Notes under the pieces: model-generated
What the model was told of the DNA's origin: nothing
The model's database searches: none
The model's input: only the letters and a program-made list of their open reading frames with translations
DNA from: Octopus bimaculoides
Lineage: Eukaryota
Length of the DNA: 35,890 nt
Direction of reading: 5' to 3'
Assembly: GCF_001194135.2 (NCBI RefSeq)
Contig: NC_068985.1
Span: forward strand, 32,909,353 to 32,945,242
Position numbers and translations under genes: made by a program
Shown: positions 21,076-31,867 of the stretch, piece after piece
Numbering within the stretch: the first letter of the stretch is position 1
Layout of the letters: each line of letters begins with the position of its first letter

Positions 21076-21618
21076 AATAATTAGCACATCCAACTTAAAT
21101 TGGACGTGCTGTCTAGATTGCCTTTAAACTCCTATTAACCTCCAGTGATACTATTTCATGTTGACGACACGTGCTCATTAAGCACTGCCTATATAGGCTG
21201 ACGAAATGATCTTCTGCACCAGTGGATGGCACTACCGTATCACGTGATTTCACTGTCCCTGCGGAGCATCAGCCACAGCCCAGCCACGCGCCGAATGCCA
21301 GAACGAAAATCACTCGAATCGATATGGTATAGTAATAGCCAAACAGCCAGTGCTGTTCCAAAGAGCTGTTTGGCCATTATCATACTATATCAATTCGACT
21401 GATTTTCGTTCTTGACTGCCGCTGATGATTCACAGGAACGGTGAAATCACGTGATACGGTAGCGTCATCCACCAGTGCAGACGATCATTTCATCAGTCGA
21501 TACAGTCAATGCTTAACGAACATGTGTCGTCGACATCAGATGGTATCTCTGGACGTTAACAGTAGTTTAAAGGCTATCTTGACAATACATTCAATTTAAG
21601 TTGGATGTGCTAAATATT
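21076..21618. mobile_element. Long imperfect palindrome (fold-back MITE)
   Basis: The left arm AATAATTAGCACATCCAACTTAAATTG...GCCAAACAGC is mirrored by GCTGTTTGGC...CAATTTAAGTTGGATGTGCTAAATATT. Arms are about 260-280 bp and about 80% identical by eye, with a central spacer under 20 nt. Confidence 0.88.
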
Positions 21619-21879
21619 ATTCATTACAAATACTGCTGCTGTCGCTGATGCCAATTTATATACAACTTTTGTTCTTTCAAAATCGTCTGGATAATCAAAC
21701 ATGACATCTTTAACGTTATCAGAATAAAATGACAGACATCTCAAAGTTAACCGAGCAAAAGCAACAACTGTCAGTGTACTAAATGGTTTTGTTAGTAATT
21801 TCGATTTTTTTTAGCTTCTTGCTCAAGGGTGCGAGATTGATTTTCAAATATCGAAGGAATACGAACTTTGGAGAAGGTT

Positions 21880-22090
21880 AAGAACTGCTGTTCTACGCAG
21901 TCATGCGACCCACTAGAAATACCAGTCAAATCTCCCTCAAAATTGCATCTACCCTCTTTGTAAAGAAAAGAGATACATTGAATAATACAGTCTTAGCTTC
22001 CTAGATATGCTATGTCATACAAAAAGAAGGAATAGTTGTAGCTTGAATGTCTTTACTGAGAGCTGACCAAGGGAAAAAGTTAATAACAAT
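21880..22090 (+). mobile_element. Degraded SINE-like repeat (TGCTAGAAATAGCAGCC core family)
   Basis: GACCCACTAGAAATACCAGTCAAATCTCCCTCAAA..AGAGCTGACCAAGGG..AATAACAATAA. Confidence 0.5.
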
Positions 22091-22474
22091 AAGTCAACTA
22101 TACATCAGGAAAAGTCCTTTTGCGGTGAGCAACGCAAACATTTGTTAACTTTGTTTATCTGTGCATCATATATAAATATGTGTGTGTGCGCGTACGTGCG
22201 TGCATATGTGTATGTGGGTGTGTGACACAAGTTATCAGTAAAATAGTAAAGTATAGAATATTAAGTATGGAACCACAACAGAAAAGAGCAAAACAATTGT
22301 GAGATAAATTACCTTTTTTTTCTGTATTTAATCAGTTTTTGTTTCATACCTATATTTTACACTTAGAAATGACATCAAAGAGCTACAAGATATTGTAAAA
22401 ACCTTTTGAAGATAATATAACAATAAAATTCACGATGTAATAATTGACAGTATCAAATGTATTTGGATACATAA

Positions 22475-23545
22475 TATTAGGTCATCCCTTAAATAATGCG
22501 GTTTTTTTAATATTTCATTTATTTTTCAAAATTAAGATAAACAAATAATGTTCGTAGCCACTTCAACTTGGCTGTCCGTTCAAACGGACTTTACTACTAT
22601 TTTTAACCCCAAGAGGACATCTCTAGCTGCGCAGCTGCATCCGAGATACTGCGAGCAGGGGAGCGAACCCCTACCACCTTCTAGCGACGGGACTAGCAGA
22701 CCACTAGTTTCGGTTTATTTCTGCCTCTTCCGTACTGGACATCTCGTCTGCTAGAAGATGTATTACTGCTATCTCTAGCAGACGAGGTGTCCAGTACTGA
22801 AGAGAGGCAGAAATAGCTCGAAACCAGGCTGGTCTGCTGGCCCCATCGCTCCCCTGCTCGCAATATCTCGGCTGTAGCTGTGCATTGTTAACCACTTAGA
22901 TGAGATGTCCTCCTGAGGTTAAAAAATCGCAGTAAAGTCCGTTCGAACGGACAGCCATGTTGAAGTGGCTACGAACATTACTTCTTAGTACAACTACTGC
23001 GTTGATCTCTTAGAGAGATTTTAAAACTAGCATTTTTGCTTGTTGAAAAATCAGCGACTGTATGTCGCTTGAAATTATCTATATAGCGAGCACAAGCATA
23101 TCAATAATTTATTTATTTGGTGAGTTCATTGAACTCAATGGTGATCCCATGATGTTTTTTGTTTTTGTTTTTTTTTTTATCAAAACGCCGAACACAGAAA
23201 AAAATTTGGGCTTACGCCCTACAGAATTGGCTCATAGCCGCACAGTTCAACAATAATTCCCCCCGCAAGGGGGAATTGCAAGCAAGCTGCTTCAACGAAG
23301 CAATAAACAGTTTTTCAACAAAAACAATCGCAAAACAACCTCAACTCACCGCAACGATATAACAATTGAAACAGGAAGCACTGGCAAAACGTTCAACAAC
23401 AAGAGTCTTGCGCTAAGAATATGTACAAGGTAAAATTACTACTGCTTTTATAGCTAGTTAATGCAGGTAGTTTATCACGTCCCCCCCCCCGACTTTTAGT
23501 TCATGCAATTGAAAAAACCGCATTATTTATGGGATGACCCTGACA
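22475..23545. mobile_element. Non-autonomous mariner-type element (Hsmar1-like TIRs)
   Basis: Left end TA|TTAGGTCATCCCTTAAATAATGCGGTTTTT; right end AAAAAACCGCATTATTTATGGGATGACC. The TIR resembles the recalled Hsmar1 TIR TTAGGTTGGTGCAAAAGTAATTGCGGTTTT. No clear transposase remains. Confidence 0.8.
22546..22980. repeat. 435-bp imperfect palindrome inside the mariner-type element
   Basis: TAATGTTCGTAGCCACTTCAAC...GTTGAAGTGGCTACGAACATTA, with arms paired almost to the centre (about 22760-22770). Confidence 0.9.
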
Positions 23546-24789
23546 AAGTGGTAAAGGATTTAGGATGATTAAAGATTAAAGGTTGAAGATCGTTGTTTAA
23601 CGAGAGACGAAATTTTTCGAATGATGACAGGATTAAACTGTTTTTAGCTTGAGTGCTTAGTTGTCACATGAACGCATGTACCAGACAACATATACTACAT
23701 GATAGAAGAAAGAAAGAACAAAAAATAAATCTTCCAACAATTTAATTCTATGAATTAGAATAATGAACTTGACTAAGTTCATTCAAACTTAGGTCCGATG
23801 AGAGAAGAATGTTGAATTACCATGAAGTTTACCGTCGTAAATATTCAATATAAGGCAAGAAGTGGAAATCGTATTCCTTTTCATATCATACAATAAAAAC
23901 TTAAGATAGACGCGTTGGAAAGTTCAATCAACAGTTCCTTCTCTGAGTATCTTCTATGATAAGAATGAATCGTATGTTATTACAATACCATGAGAAGTTA
24001 TTCACACCAAAAAGAATTATGATGCATCAAGTGTAATTAAAATAAGTTTCTGAATTTACTATAATGCAAGTTGCAAATGATAGGTTTTAACCAGAAGGAT
24101 ATTTTGGCACGAAGCCTAACTCGTTCAACAAAGAAAAGAGTTCGATAACCTGATAGAAACTGATTCATTTAAAAGGGGAAAGCACTTACTCGTCAATTCA
24201 AGCTGACGTCAATGCATTCTCAGTGCTTTCCGCTACGTCCGTCGTTTACCAAATAATATACTAATTACGAAACAAACAACATGTGACCTCCACAAGATGC
24301 AAACATCGGTCGGCTACACCTCTGTCGATGATGTAACAGAGTATTTACAGAAACGATGTTTGTATATTTTAGTAGAAGCGAAAGTTATTAATAACTAGTC
24401 AATAATATTATATCACTAGATTTACAAAAGGAAACAGTAAGAAAATAGAAAAAGACAAGAGAATAAACAGAAAAGGAAATCAGCAAATAATCAAAAATAG
24501 AAGCATGCATATTCTATTCACTTATACTTCACATCAGGGGAAACTGATGTTCCTATTTAAATTTTTTTATAAATTTTGATTTTATAATGATCTGTAGCGA
24601 ATTTGGTATTATGTCTCGCGGCATTTAACGCATTCTGTCTTATGTTCAGTTGTCTATTAACAGTCAAAGAGAAGGAAGTGATTTTGTGAATGGTACTAAT
24701 ATAATGTATGCTTACAGACATGATTTTGAATTCCCAATCTGGAAATATATTATATATTGGCAGTGACTTTTTATTATTTTTTTTATTTA

Positions 24790-25290
24790 CTTTTCTATTT
24801 CGTCTACATCAGTCTTTCCGTGAATAATTTCTGTGATTCCATTTGCCGCCGGCAATACCAGTTCTTCCCCTATTGTGTAAGCTTATTTAGTTATAGTAAT
24901 TGAATGTAATGCTTCGTATGATACTCTTAAGTATTTTTCTTGAACTCCGTATGTTTTTAAAAAAAAGTTACTTTTGTCCTTTCGAAGATTTTAGTATCAT
25001 TAAAAAAAAAAGAACAAAAAATACCTGCATAGAAAGTGTGTATAGTAGAAAGATGTATTTCAGTTTAGCAGATTTTATACTTTCATATGCCAAACAATAT
25101 AAATTAAGCATATTGGAATGGTATTTGTTATACCTAAAGGATAAAATACATCCATATAAGAGTTGAAAATTAGTTGCATTTCCTCTTTTTTATGCGGGAT
25201 CGTTTGCTTTCTTGTAGTTTCATTTGCAATAGCCACATCATGCTTATCGCTATAATCACTTGTCATGCGACACACATACTTCCATATTTA
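24790..25290 (-). pseudogene. Decayed hAT Charlie/Buster-type transposase N-terminal fragment
   Basis: Minus-strand motifs ITNTIPICLI, LAYESIKSAKLK (25093-25058; BED-like region, compare LSNESMKPAKLKRH) and KYLRVSY..YTIGEELVLPAA (24879-24844; compare KPHTIGEELILPAA). Confidence 0.75.
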
Positions 25291-25472
25291 AATGTTTTCA
25301 CTCTCTCAACATAATTTGTAGTTCAGATTAGTAAAAAGTCCTTTTACTCGTGTGACCTTATCTAAGGGCACCATTACATCATACAACTAAAAGACATTTA
25401 AACGCGTTTTATTTTTTTAATTAACAAGTATCTTTCAGTTTCTCTCATCTTTGAATGAGTGCTGGTGCCAAC

Positions 25473-26155
25473 CAGTAGGGGCTCGTGTATAGGCACTGCA
25501 GAACCCCCTATTTCCACTCGATTTTATCGATAACATTCAATATAATTAGTCCTTTTTTCTTTAATTCTTTCTTTATACTTGTACATTATATAACCCTTAA
25601 GCTTAATGTCTGTAGCCATCCCCTAGTTTATCAAAGAAATACAAAAATCCTTGTATAGAACAGTTCCAGCGACGCGGTGTTTGGCTGTTGTGCACATGCT
25701 CACATGTCCGAGATAGGAAGCTGCACACTAGGGAGAGAGAGCACTGTGCTTCACGCAGTGCCGACCCTGGTGTGCTGGTGAAAGGTAATGTTTCTTTTTG
25801 ATTCCACGTGTGTTGCGCTTAAAAACGTGTTTATATTCTTGAATGTGATAAAGTGTAGAATTAGATTATTATCCTACAGTGTTGCTGCCAGGATTTGAAA
25901 AATAGAGCAGATTACCCCCCCCCCNNNNNNNNNNTTGTGATTCAGGGTGTTTTTTTTTTAAAAACAAGGAATTCGCAGTGGTGTTCAGTGAACAAATTAA
26001 ACACACTACCCGGCAGTGTCTAAAACGCGAACCGATCAAGTTTATGTATAAATTTTCTTTTTATATGTTTGTTTCCTTTTACCCAATATTAAAACAACGG
26101 CTAAAAATTTCCTGAAGCAACACCCCCCACTAATTTTATCTACGAGCTGCCACTG
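25473..26155. mobile_element. hAT MITE
   Basis: Perfect 8-bp TSD GTGCCAAC (25465-25472 / 26156-26163). Imperfect TIRs CAGTAGGGGCTCGT and CAGTGGCAGCTCGT (reverse complement of the right end). Contains a 10-N gap. Confidence 0.88.
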
Positions 26156-26375
26156 GTGCCAACTTAAGCAGTTGCTGTGAAGTGCTACATCGAATGATGT
26201 CATTCCGTTCGAACAAGAATGAAAAAAAAAAAAAACTTTTGTACGCTACCATATTCTTACTTCTGCATAAGAACTTTTGAGCTTTATTGTCACATACACC
26301 TGCAACTCAAAAAATATGATTACGACCATTGGATTTTATTGCACAGAACAGAGTAGCAACTCACCAAAATATAAT

Positions 26376-26439
26376 TGCAAAGTTTCCACTGTATTGTCTT
26401 ATACACCTGCAAAGTTTTTACTGTATTGTCTTATACACC
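26376..26439 (+). repeat. 32-bp tandem duplication
   Basis: TGCAAAGTTT(CC/TT)ACTGTATTGTCTTATACACC x2. Confidence 0.9.
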
Positions 26440-27212
26440 AAATGCATCGTTTTAACATGCTTTTCTCCCACATAACACCGTAGAACTAGTATTGTTTAGT
26501 TCGTTATGTTATGCTCAAATTTGTTTGCGGTAAAATATGTTCGTTGAATTATTTTAACATTCGGGCTAAGCTTGTATAAATTTGGTCCTTTGCAACTACT
26601 TAATTGAATGAAATTGTTTTATTGGAAAGATTCGAGTTTATTGGTCTGTATCCTTGAGTCATTTGATTTATTTTATCTTAGGTTATTTATACAGGTCGTG
26701 ATATGACAAACTTATCGAGTCGGTTTCGTATTTAATGATCGTCATTTAATTTTGATCTTGAATTTCAACAAAAAGTTCCTCTCTATCATCAGTTACGGGT
26801 TGGCGAGCTTCTCCAACAATGTTTCACACTCACTTTCAAATCTGCTTCACTGTATCTAGGTTCTGCAAGAATTACTACTTCGTTTACTGCTGCATTCTTC
26901 TTTGATGGATTTAGCCATTGATCAACAGGAGGGTATTTTAAATTCAAGGTAAATTTTATTACATAGAATTAACAAATATTTTGAAAATTAAACTTAAAAC
27001 AATACCTGATGTAATTATATTTATGGGTGTATAAATTGTATCATGAATTCAAAATTAAAACATTTGGAAACCTTTTTGCATTTATTGAATTACTTTTACT
27101 CCGAAAATGGAAAAAGTAGTGTCATTGTTTATTGATTTTACGAATGAATTACACACGTCACGAATTATCTCAAGTGCTTATTACTGCATTACAGCTCACT
27201 GCCTATATATAT

Positions 27213-27580
27213 NNNNNNNNNNNNNNNNNNNNNNNNNNNNNNNNNNNNNNNNNNNNNNNNNNNNNNNNNNNNNNNNNNNNNNNNNNNNNNNNNNNNNNNN
27301 NNNNNNNNNNNNNNNNNNNNNNNNNNNNNNNNNNNNNNNNNNNNNNNNNNNNNNNNNNNNNNNNNNNNNNNNNNNNNNNNNNNNNNNNNNNNNNNNNNNN
27401 NNNNNNNNNNNNNNNNNNNNNNNNNNNNNNNNNNNNNNNNNNNNNNNNNNNNNNNNNNNNNNNNNNNNNNNNNNNNNNNNNNNNNNNNNNNNNNNNNNNN
27501 NNNNNNNNNNNNNNNNNNNNNNNNNNNNNNNNNNNNNNNNNNNNNNNNNNNNNNNNNNNNNNNNNNNNNNNNNNNNNNNN
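27213..27580. other. Assembly gap bounded by (AT)n and (AG)n microsatellites
   Basis: N run; (AG)n at 27581-27609. Confidence 1.
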
Positions 27581-27617
<37 letters not shown>

Positions 27618-27932
27618 TATATATAAGACACACACAGTGTTAACTCTATTCACAAAACGCTTGTTTCTTTGAAATTGTTAACACAGGATTGAATGTAAAA
27701 ACACGGTATGCTAAGTTTTGTGAGATGCAATACTAAATATGGTACAAAACATGAACTCAAAAGTTCATTATACTAAACTTAAATTGATAACAAAATATAG
27801 AAACGCAGTGGGATCTCTATATACCAACGTAATCCGTTCCAGAACCCCGTTCGTTAACCAAATTGTTTGTTACAAGAGTTTGTGGACTTGGTAAGCTGAG
27901 AGGTGTATTATTTGGTCAGGCTGTGTCATGAT

Positions 27933-29611
27933 CAGGGGTTGTAGATAATTGATTGGAACCTTTCCAATCAATTATTTTCCCAGCAATCACTTAATTTTAA
28001 TTGGGATACAGGGCAATCAATTATTGCAATTAATTGCAATTAATTGTTAATTATTTTGTCGAACGTTAAAATACCATATATTTTGGAGTGTTAACTTCGA
28101 TTTAGATAAGAGCCAAAATGATAGATAGGAAAAAAACTTTATTATCAGAAAACTTCAAAGTTCAATTTTAATAATTTAGAATAGGAAACAAACTACATTG
28201 TACAGCAGTTGAAAAACAAATAAATTGAAGGTCTTTAATTGAAAGAGCTTCTCAAACGAGTAGCACAATTAAAATGTTCTAATATAGCAAAAGGTCATGA
28301 GCGATTGCAGATTTTTGAAACTAGTTCTTTATCCCAGAAAGCGTGATTGACTTTCTAAATTCATTGGTGTTAAGTATTTCCAAAAGTCATTAAAAGCGTA
28401 ACCTGCTGAGCTGAAGAAACGTTGCAAGATGTTGGACATTGGTAACAAAAATCTACAGTTCAGACACTGCTGAGATGAAATTTTATCTTTTTTTGTGTGT
28501 GTTTTTTCAAACAAATTGAAGCAAAACTATCATCTTCTACGGGTAAATCAGACTGTTGTGACGTATCTGTCACCACTTTTAGTTGATGTAGAGCAACCAC
28601 TTTATCCGCAATTAGCTCTGCGTGTTGTAAAATTTTCACAATTCCACTTTCAAACTTTGGACTGTACACAATGGCTGCCGATGGAAGCAAATATTTTAAA
28701 ACCTCCTCGTAAGGATTCAATGCGAGAATTTCGTCAAAAAGAATTCGAGCATTTCCCAAATCTATTTCTTTTCTTTGCAAGGCGACTGTTACTGAGCGTA
28801 ACTTTCTTAAATTGACTTTTAGAGTCTGCAGTTCATTATGATCGCTGGGAGTCAATAGATAGTCAACCAGCTTTGGATCCCCTTGAAAAGAGTCTAAAAA
28901 CGGATTGAGTTGGATGTACCTCTCAATCATGTCATAAGTACTGGACCAACGGGTTTTATTTTTTTATATAGGTTGCAAAGGCGTTTTTTACCGAAGTTTA
29001 CCCGCAAGTTTTAATGATTTTAGCTTGCCCATCAACATATTAATTCTATCAAGTAGAACTTCCTGCTTGTCGAGATAAGCAGAAACAGCTAGACTGAATT
29101 TATGAAAGGCACATCCAATCAATGGTATTCTACACAAATCCGCTATAGATTTGTTCACTTCAGTATTATGTTAGGTAATAACTACAACATTTTCTAAATT
29201 TTTGTTATATACACTTAACATATACTCGATAAATTCGACATAATCAGAAGCAGTGAATGATGTTTCACCTACCATTAGCGAAAGTGCCAGCAAAACAGTA
29301 CGCAAGCATCAACACTTGACAACATACACAATAGTCAATTCCTAAGCACGACAGAATGTGTGAATCATTCTCAGCAATCAGAACAAAGCGTGAACACAGT
29401 ACCTCAAATAATAATAGAACGCTGTATTTGCCAATTGAACGTCAAACGAAGTATGAGCCACTTGTAAAACTTTCGCTGACAATGTTGCAATTAACTCCAA
29501 TTAATTGTTATGATAGCAATCAATTATTTAATTGGCAGTACGATTCCAATAAATTAATTGGACCAATATATTGCAATTAATTTCTCATCAGTTAATATTT
29601 TACAACCGCTG
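27933..29611 (-). mobile_element. Internally deleted hAT-like DNA transposon with decayed transposase
   Basis: TIRs CAGGGGTTGTA / CAGCGGTTGTA with subterminal CAATTAATTG repeats at both ends. Minus-strand translation from about 29310 to 28330: LLALSLMVGE..VNKSIADLCRIPLIGCAFHKFSLAV..KLR*KTPLQPI*KNKTRWSSTYDMIERY..IVYSPKFESGIVK..RFLLPMSNILQRFFSSAG. This includes CxxH, TRWSS and the hAT dimerisation motif with the catalytic E decayed to Q. Confidence 0.85.
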
Positions 29612-30227
29612 ATCCCAAATAAAAATGAAACGCGATATTTAGATTTAATTAACGTATTTATTTACTGATTAATGTTACAATCCTTACTTTATATAAGTTG
29701 TTATGCTGAATACTAGTAGCTAGTGTATGGGAAAGTATGTTTGTTGAGAAATGAAAATGTATGCTAGGCGACAGGAGATCTTTAAACACGAAATCAGAGC
29801 AGCATGGTTAACTAAGAAAACCTCTGCAGTTGTATATCTTGCACATCTCAGTTTATAACCATGATTTGACACAAAAGTGCATGGAATTTTCCATTACACC
29901 CACATAAATGTACCAAAGCAACGATTGGCTGAAATGTGAGTTAAGGTCATCTCATATATCGTGGCCTTCGTCCATTACTGGATTAACAGTAATTGAAATA
30001 GGGATAATCCGTTCCGAGCCACACCCTAACGCCACATAAAGGAATGAAATGATGCCTAATTTGTTCAACCATCAACAGCAAATACATAAATATATAAAAT
30101 ATATACGAATATGTGTATGTACACATATGTGTGAGTGCGTGCGTGCGTTTTCCCCATTGTCTTGTTTTTGTCAATCTATGGTTATATGTTTAACAAAAAT
30201 GTGAAGTATTCTTTTCTATATATAAAA

Positions 30228-31074
30228 CTAGCTGTTTTTCCCGGTTTACTCGGGCAGTGTGGTGGATTTGGTTAAAGGCTATTTTCTATGTATATTTTGA
30301 ATAATAAAAAGAACTAAAAACAAAAAAAAAAAATTCCAAAAACAAAAAAAAAGTAAGAACAACCCAAAAACAATACGATGCTAAGGATTTTGCGGGTCGA
30401 TATTGTAAAACTAACTTCACGTGTGTACCCATAGCCCCATGTAGTCACGGAACCTTATTTGTGGTATAACCTCGCCTTAAAAGAAAAATATATGGTAGTG
30501 CGGTTGTTGTATTGGCGACACAAGAATGTTAATCGAAACTGTTCAAGATCAATCATAGGTTGGACGTTCATGTACACTGATTAGNNNNNNNNNNNNNNNN
30601 NNNNNNNNNNNNNNNNNNNNNNNNNNNNNNNNNNNNNNNNNNNNNNNNNNNNNNNNNNNNNNNNNNNNNNNNNNNNNNNNNNNNNNNNNNNNNNNNNNNN
30701 NNNNNNNNNNNNNNNNNNNNNNNNNNNNNNNNNNTTAAAATTTTCGAAAAACAAACCCAGCCACATTACTTGGAAAAAAAAATCTTTATTGTGCTGGTTT
30801 TTCGAAAACATTTCGCGCATGGGAAAGGCAACAAAATCGCCCCTCCCCACTTTGAATGGGATATTCCTATCTTAAAAAGTAATAATCGATTATCTCGGAA
30901 ACCATGGGAGTTGGAGGGCAATAAAAATCTCCTGAACATGAGCGGACCATGCTGCCGCTCTGTGCTGAATTTCACGCGATTCCACTGCACCGTTCTCGAG
31001 TGAATCTGCCGACACTCAATCAATCAATCAATCAAGCAAGCAATCAAGAACACTGCAATTTATAGTATAGAAGA
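30228..31074 (-). mobile_element. Non-autonomous Helitron
   Basis: On the minus strand: A|TCTTCTATACTATAAA 5' end at 31074, a (TTGA)n/(TTGC)n microsatellite, hairpin CCCGAGTAAACCGGG (30254-30240), an 8-nt spacer and terminal CTAG|T (30231-30228). It sits between A and T with no TSD. Contains gap 30585-30734. Confidence 0.85.
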
Positions 31075-31584
31075 TATGAAAATTCGAAAGCTACATGAAA
31101 AGCGCGCAAGGGCGTTTACAAACCGTTTGTACACGTTCTTCTAGCACTTATATGAGTGTGTAGGCTGCTTGTGGTTTGTTCAAATTTTAGTTCGTTGGCT
31201 GAATATAAATTTCTTCAGAAAAACTGTTCGCTATGCAATTCGATTATTTAGCGTGTAGTTTGTATATGCTCTCCCAGCACTTATAAGCGTGAGTAGTCCA
31301 TTTTTGACTTGTTTGATTTTCAGCTCCTAAGGCAAATGGGCTTCCAATTACTCAAACGCAGGCATAGTCAACTCGTGGTTCGTTGATCATATTTCGGCTC
31401 ACTGTGCTAGTTTAATTTTCTTAAGAAAAACAGTTCGTTACTAGATTTTTTCGTTTAGAGACCCATTGGTATACGGGCACCACACTCTATTTTGTTTGAA
31501 AATGTTCAGTTACATCATCTTCAAAGGTTCATACAAAATATGGCAACTATCAAATGCTACTGCCCTCACTGTAAAATGCGAGCT

Positions 31585-31735
31585 AGGCGGCAAAAGGGCA
31601 GAGTAGTTAGAGCGTCGGATAGGACGCATTGCGGTGTTCGTTCCGACCTTCAGCATCTTGAGTTCAAATCCCGTCGAGGTAAATTTTATCTTCCTTCTCG
31701 AAAGGGTGATGTATTGTACTCGGTCCTTCTTTTCT
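31585..31735 (+). mobile_element. SINE family A-like degraded copy
   Basis: GGCGGCAAAAGGGCAGAGTAGTTAG..TTGAGTTCAAATCCCGTCGAGG; followed by (CACT)n at about 31755-31780. Confidence 0.65.
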
Positions 31736-31867
31736 CCCCACCTCACCCTGCCCTTCACTCACTCACTCACTCACTCACTCCCACTCTTCCCAATCTCTTT
31801 GAATTGTACCTATAGATTAAAGGTCCAGTATTGACACATACTGCCATTATTCGGCTGGAGAACTGCG

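Noticed and set aside
25025-25133. 109-nt open exon-like segment with AG/GT boundaries (YNKYHSNMLNLYCLAYESIK...)
   Set aside because: Better explained as a frameshifted Charlie/Buster transposase remnant, given the downstream TIGEELVLPAA motif.
27107-27643. ORFs of 142-178 aa
   Set aside because: Artefacts of the N gap and the (AG)n microsatellite.
27807-27880. Tigger/pogo-like left terminus (CAGTGGGATCTCTATATACCAACGTAATCCGTTCC)
   Set aside because: No convincing right TIR was found beyond the hAT element.
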